Shown: positions 61,786 through 64,000 of the stretch, piece by piece
How the letters are laid out: each line of letters opens with the position of its first letter
Position numbering within the stretch: the first letter of the stretch is position 1
Assembly (NCBI GenBank): GCA_964016885.1
Contig: OZ024757.1
Coordinates: 29,140,001-29,204,000 of the forward strand
Reading direction: 5' to 3'
DNA: 64,000 nucleotides
Source: Eledone cirrhosa
Lineage: Eukaryota
Translations under genes and position numbers: made by a program
Notes under the pieces: generated by a model
The model's input: the letters and a program-made list of their open reading frames with translations, nothing else
What the model was told of the DNA's origin: nothing
The model's database searches: none

Positions 61786-62430
61786 ATTGCAACGGTATAA
61801 ACCAAGACACAAGCTGCAACAACAGAAACGATATAAACCAGAGCAAACGCCCCAAAATAACAACAATTGTATATAAACCATTACAATCAGCACAGAGATT
61901 GCAACGAAACGAACCACTACAATAAAGACAACAATAGCAAAGATTGCAACGATATAAACCACTACAACTACAACAATAGCAACAATTGCAACGATATAAA
62001 CCACTACAACTACAACAATAGCAACAATTGCAACGATATAAACCCCTACAACTATTACAATAGCATGTTAGCAACGATATAAACCTACAAATACAGTAAT
62101 AGCAACGATTGTAACGATATAAACCACTACAATAAGCCACAACAATAGCAACAATTGTAACGATATAAACCACTACAACTATTACAACAGTAGCAACAAT
62201 TGTAACGACTGCAACGATACAAACCACAACAACTATTACAATAATAGCAACGATTGCAACGATATAAACCACTATAACTATTACAACAGTAGCAACAATT
62301 GTAACGATTGCAACGATACAAACCACAGCAACTATTACAATAATAGCAACGATTGCAACGATATAAACCACTACAACTATTACAACAGTAGCAACAATTG
62401 CAACGATATAAACCACAAAAATAGCAACAA
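61786..62430. repeat. CAA-rich ~40-55-bp tandem repeat (GCAACAATTGCAACGATATAAACCACTACAACTA...)
   Basis: About 13 degenerate units. Confidence 0.85.
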
Positions 62431-62806
62431 CTTAAAACTCTCACCACAATTATAGCAACAACAAAGTCCAAAACAGTAACTTCAATAATACAAACAGCAT
62501 AAACTACAAAATCAGCTTCAGTACCAGCAACTAATGGATGTGACACATTGGATAATGTAGTCATATATACACTTATCCAGCCAGAAGAAGGGGCTAGCCA
62601 GTCACGGCTAAAAAAATGTTTGGGGCACTGTTCCGCCGCCCAGTGAAAGTTTACATGCGGTTAAACGTGTACAGCAATAATTGGTGAGGCTATTGCAAGT
62701 AAAAATGTTGCGTGGAATCAAACATGTGTGACATCTTGGTCAAATGTCTTCTACTGAAGCCTCACGTAGACCAGTGTGATGTGAGTGAAATGTAGTAGCC
62801 TGTTGA

Positions 62807-62846
<40 letters not shown>

Positions 62847-62981
62847 CCACACATATACATATATATCCACACACATATAAATATATACGGCTATCTTAAA
62901 CTTAACCCAAAATCCCGATGTCTAAATATTAGAAACAACTTTTAAAATTAATATATATATATATATATGTAAAAGGTAAAC

Positions 62982-63023
<42 letters not shown>

Positions 63024-63311
63024 TTATATATATATATATATATAAAATAGCAGGAGGCTGGACTGGTGTAATTCCTTAAAGGTTTATTATACCAACAACA
63101 CAAACGAAGACGGGTGAGTTGCATTACGTTGAGTGCTCTCCCTAATATTACATCAAGGTTGACTATACAGAATGACCAGTTCTATCCAGTGGTGAACCAA
63201 CAAACCTAAATGAATATATATATATATATATATATGTAAAAGGTAAACTGATATATATATATATACGTATTATGTGTGCGTGCGCTGTGTATGTATGGAT
63301 ATATATACTTA

Positions 63312-63374
<63 letters not shown>

Positions 63375-63375
63375 T

Positions 63376-63546
63376 CTAGGGCGGGTAAAATTCCCGAGAT
63401 CCATGGACGAGTTCTCTCCAGCGGACGCTGTCCCTCATTATCGCTGCCATGTCCTGCGTCTCCAACAGACCAGTGTCTGTCCTTATGGCATCAACATACG
63501 TTAACCTTGGTCTTCCTCTTCCAGTGTATCCATGTAGGGGCTCCCA
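63376..63546 (-). mobile_element. 5'-truncated RTE-clade LINE 3' end with (TA)n tail
   Basis: Minus translation WEPLHGYTGRGRPRLTYVDAIRTDTGLLETQDMAAIMRDSVRWRELVHGSREFYPP*, followed by (TA)n. Confidence 0.8.
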
Positions 63547-64000
63547 CATATATTATGTGTGTATATGTGGATGTGTATACGTGCATGTATGTGTGTCTCC
63601 ATGTCTGTAAACGTGTTTATGACCCATAATTTAGTAGTTGTACTAACTATAAAAACAATAACTACTGAGGTCAATATCACCCACTAAATCTCTTCAAAGT
63701 TGTGCCCCAGTTTAATAACTGAAACTAGTAAAAAAAATACGACTAAAAGACTAAACAAATATGACAGTGTGATGTCTCAAGCTGCTAGTAATAGCTGCTA
63801 AACTCCCTTTAAAATTACACTTAATCAACTTTAAACAGGAAGGATCATGGAATCATGTTGGATAATGTAGACTTAGATAAGCGGAAACAGACGGAAGGGT
63901 GACGTCTGGAATGTGGTATGGTCAAAGGTTTGCTTGATTACAGATGATCTGGTGGGAGGAGGGGAGTGGAGGGTAGAGAAATAAAGTCAGTACTGGAACA

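Overview
This is AT-rich eukaryotic non-coding DNA, probably from an octopus-type cephalopod; that assignment is inferred from the SINE families and the extreme (TA)n/(TACA)n content. I found no convincing host exon, tRNA, rRNA or CRISPR array. Almost all listed ORFs are microsatellite artefacts (poly-YI/HT/VC). The window is a mosaic of very long (TA)n-derived arrays separating short mobile-element islands. (1) Five near full-length copies of a ~600-bp bipartite, non-autonomous RTE-derived element, each embedded in TA microsatellite. Each has an RTE-like 5' UTR fused to the C-terminal C2H2 finger and 3' stem-loop, and its 5' end can be drawn as an HDV-ribozyme-like nested pseudoknot. (2) About ten minimal type-I hammerhead ribozyme motifs from several families, sitting in short Penelope-like pLTR fragments. 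Many of these form fold-back (inverted-repeat) structures, and two carry a hammerhead on each arm. (3) About 20 copies of a tRNA-derived SINE with a Deu/Nin-like core, plus CORE/V/Meta-type SINEs. (4) Three RTE LINE 3' ends, one with twin-priming geometry, a decayed mariner, an RLE-endonuclease fragment and several MITEs. (5) Several minisatellites and a Thr/Pro-rich, mucin-like repeat ORF of uncertain status. All RNA folds were assigned by eye.
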